Shown here one piece after another: positions 30,826-32,000 of a stretch of DNA of 32,000 bases; the stretch's first letter is position 1; the number at the start of each line of letters is the position of its first letter. Position numbers and translations under genes: made by a program. The notes beneath the pieces were generated by a model. It was given only the letters and a program-made list of their open reading frames with translations, was not told the DNA's origin and ran no database searches. The stretch is taken from the NCBI RefSeq assembly GCF_000010065.1, contig NC_006576.1, positions 2,664,256-2,696,255 of the forward strand. The letters are read 5' to 3'. The stretch is from Synechococcus elongatus PCC 6301 (GTDB lineage Bacteria > Cyanobacteriota > Cyanobacteriia > Synechococcales > Synechococcaceae).

Positions 30826-31536
30826 CTAAGCAAAAACTGCTAGCTGATTCCAGAATTTAGTAATTTGTTGGCTAACTTGCTCGGGATATATGCAGTGGAA
30901 GAAATGGCGTCCGCTTAGACAAATCCACATCCGAGAAAGAGCATGATACAAATGTTGTCGCCAAGCTTTAATTTGCTCTTGGCTGATAATGATGTCATCT
31001 GCACTCCCACAGACAAGAAGCGGGACTTTGACAGCAATGGGTGGGAAACTTGCTGAATTTAGAAGACTATGTAGCGACAGTGACTCGTAGAGATCTTGTT
31101 TTAAAGCATGGGTTACTGTTGGGCTCGTCTTTCTACACCCTAGTAGCCGATCGCTGATTTTTTGTAAGAGGATCTGCTGATCTTCAAGTCTATCTCGGCG
31201 CTGGTTATAGTAATAAGATTGCCAATTAACTGCTGGGTCAACACCAACTGAAAGAATGGTGAGCGATCGCACATGTTCAGGATAATGATGGGCGTAGAGC
31301 AAACCTAATAGTCCCCCTGTCCCATGACCAAGGAGGTGGAGCGGACGATCGTAACTTTTTAGATAATCATGTAGTAATACTAAGGCTGTATCCAGAGAAG
31401 CCGCTTCATCAGGATCTTGAAGGTACTCCCAATGAGCGATCGCAGTAGATTGAGCAAGTGTTTGTAACAGTGGACGATCAAACATTTGTAGTGCGGGACT
31501 GACACTGATCCAAACAGCATCAATAGACGACAGCAT
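30826..31536 (-). CDS. isiC: Alpha/beta hydrolase fold protein, isiC-like, downstream of isiB
   Basis: 'RPLHLLGHGTGGLLGLLYAHHYPEHVRSLTILSVGVDP', 'VPLLVCGSADDIIIS' and 'GRHFFHCIYPEQV' fit the alpha/beta hydrolase fold. The symbol rests mainly on position after isiB. Confidence 0.75.
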   Translation of the reverse strand: MLSSIDAVWISVSPALQMFDRPLLQTLAQSTAIAHWEYLQDPDEAASLDTALVLLHDYLKSYDRPLHLLGHGTGGLLGLLYAHHYPEHVRSLTILSVGVDPAVNWQSYYYNQRRDRLEDQQILLQKISDRLLGCRKTSPTVTHALKQDLYESLSLHSLLNSASFPPIAVKVPLLVCGSADDIIISQEQIKAWRQHLYHALSRMWICLSGRHFFHCIYPEQVSQQITKFWNQLAVFA

Positions 31537-31625
31537 TGGGAATACCTATCTAGGCAATGAGAATCAGAGAATGAGCTGTGTTAGACCATGGAATACTCTG
31601 TGCAACACAACTCGCTCAACCAAGA

Positions 31626-32000
31626 TTAAAGACCGAACTCTGACTTTAGCTGGCTGACCCAAGTCTTAATTCGATTCTTTGTGAGATCAGGTTGATTGTC
31701 TTCATCAATTGCTAAACCAACAAACTGATTATTGCGTACAGCTTTTGACTCATTGAAGTCATAGCCTTCAATAGGCCAATAGCCAACTGTTTGACTACCT
31801 AAAGAGCTAATTTTTTCTTCTAGAATGCCCATAGCATCCTGAAAGTTATCGGAATAGCCTACTTGATCACCCGCTCCAAAGTAGGCAACTTTCTTCCCTT
31901 GAAAGTTGACTGAGTCTAAATCATCATAGATTCCTTCCCAGTCACTTTGCAGTTCACCAACATTCCAAGTAGGACAACCGATAATTAAATAATCATAGGC
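31626..32000 (-). CDS. isiB: Flavodoxin, 5' end cut by window edge
   Basis: Reverse-strand translation from base 32000: 'AYDYLIIGCPTWNVGELQSDWEGIYDDLDSVNFQGKKVAYFGAGDQVGYSDNFQDAMGILEEKISSLGSQTVGYWPIEGYDFNESKAVRNNQFVGLAIDEDNQPDLTKNRIKTWVSQLKSEFGL'. Confidence 0.97.
   Translation of the reverse strand, partial: AYDYLIIGCPTWNVGELQSDWEGIYDDLDSVNFQGKKVAYFGAGDQVGYSDNFQDAMGILEEKISSLGSQTVGYWPIEGYDFNESKAVRNNQFVGLAIDEDNQPDLTKNRIKTWVSQLKSEFGL

Noticed and set aside
1-32000. CRISPR array or regularly spaced repeats from the many repeated GCGATCGC octamers
   Set aside because: The copies are dispersed irregularly within genes and spacers; they are HIP1 elements, not CRISPR repeats.

Overview
This is a chromosomal window from a cyanobacterium of the Synechococcus elongatus (PCC 7942/6301) type. 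I infer this from recognisable proteins and frequent HIP1 octamers (GCGATCGC), without a database search. Gene order: (-) histidine-kinase-like gene (partial); (+) UvrD/Rep-family helicase; (-) hisD; (+) rpsT, tatD, rpoB, rpoC1, rpoC2; (+) typA/bipA carrying an apparent 1-nt frameshift; (+) GIDE-like membrane protein; (+) a large fusion of a cNMP-binding-like domain, a degenerate sigma54-activator-type AAA+ domain and a NapH-like 4Fe-4S membrane module; (-) DUF2499-like protein; (+) csaB-like gene; (-) RHH-TOBE putative regulator, divergent from (+) modA and modB; (+) sdhB-like gene; (+) long prokaryotic Argonaute; (+) rbcX overlapping a class I glutamine amidotransferase; (+) small lipoprotein; then (-) isiB (partial), an isiC-like alpha/beta hydrolase and a small Cys-rich protein. 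The most notable items are the AAA+/ferredoxin fusion, the RHH-TOBE protein beside modAB, the Argonaute (a known type, characterised in S. elongatus), the degenerate histidine-kinase-like protein, and the isi-cluster proteins. I found no CRISPR array, rRNA, convincing tRNA or transposase.
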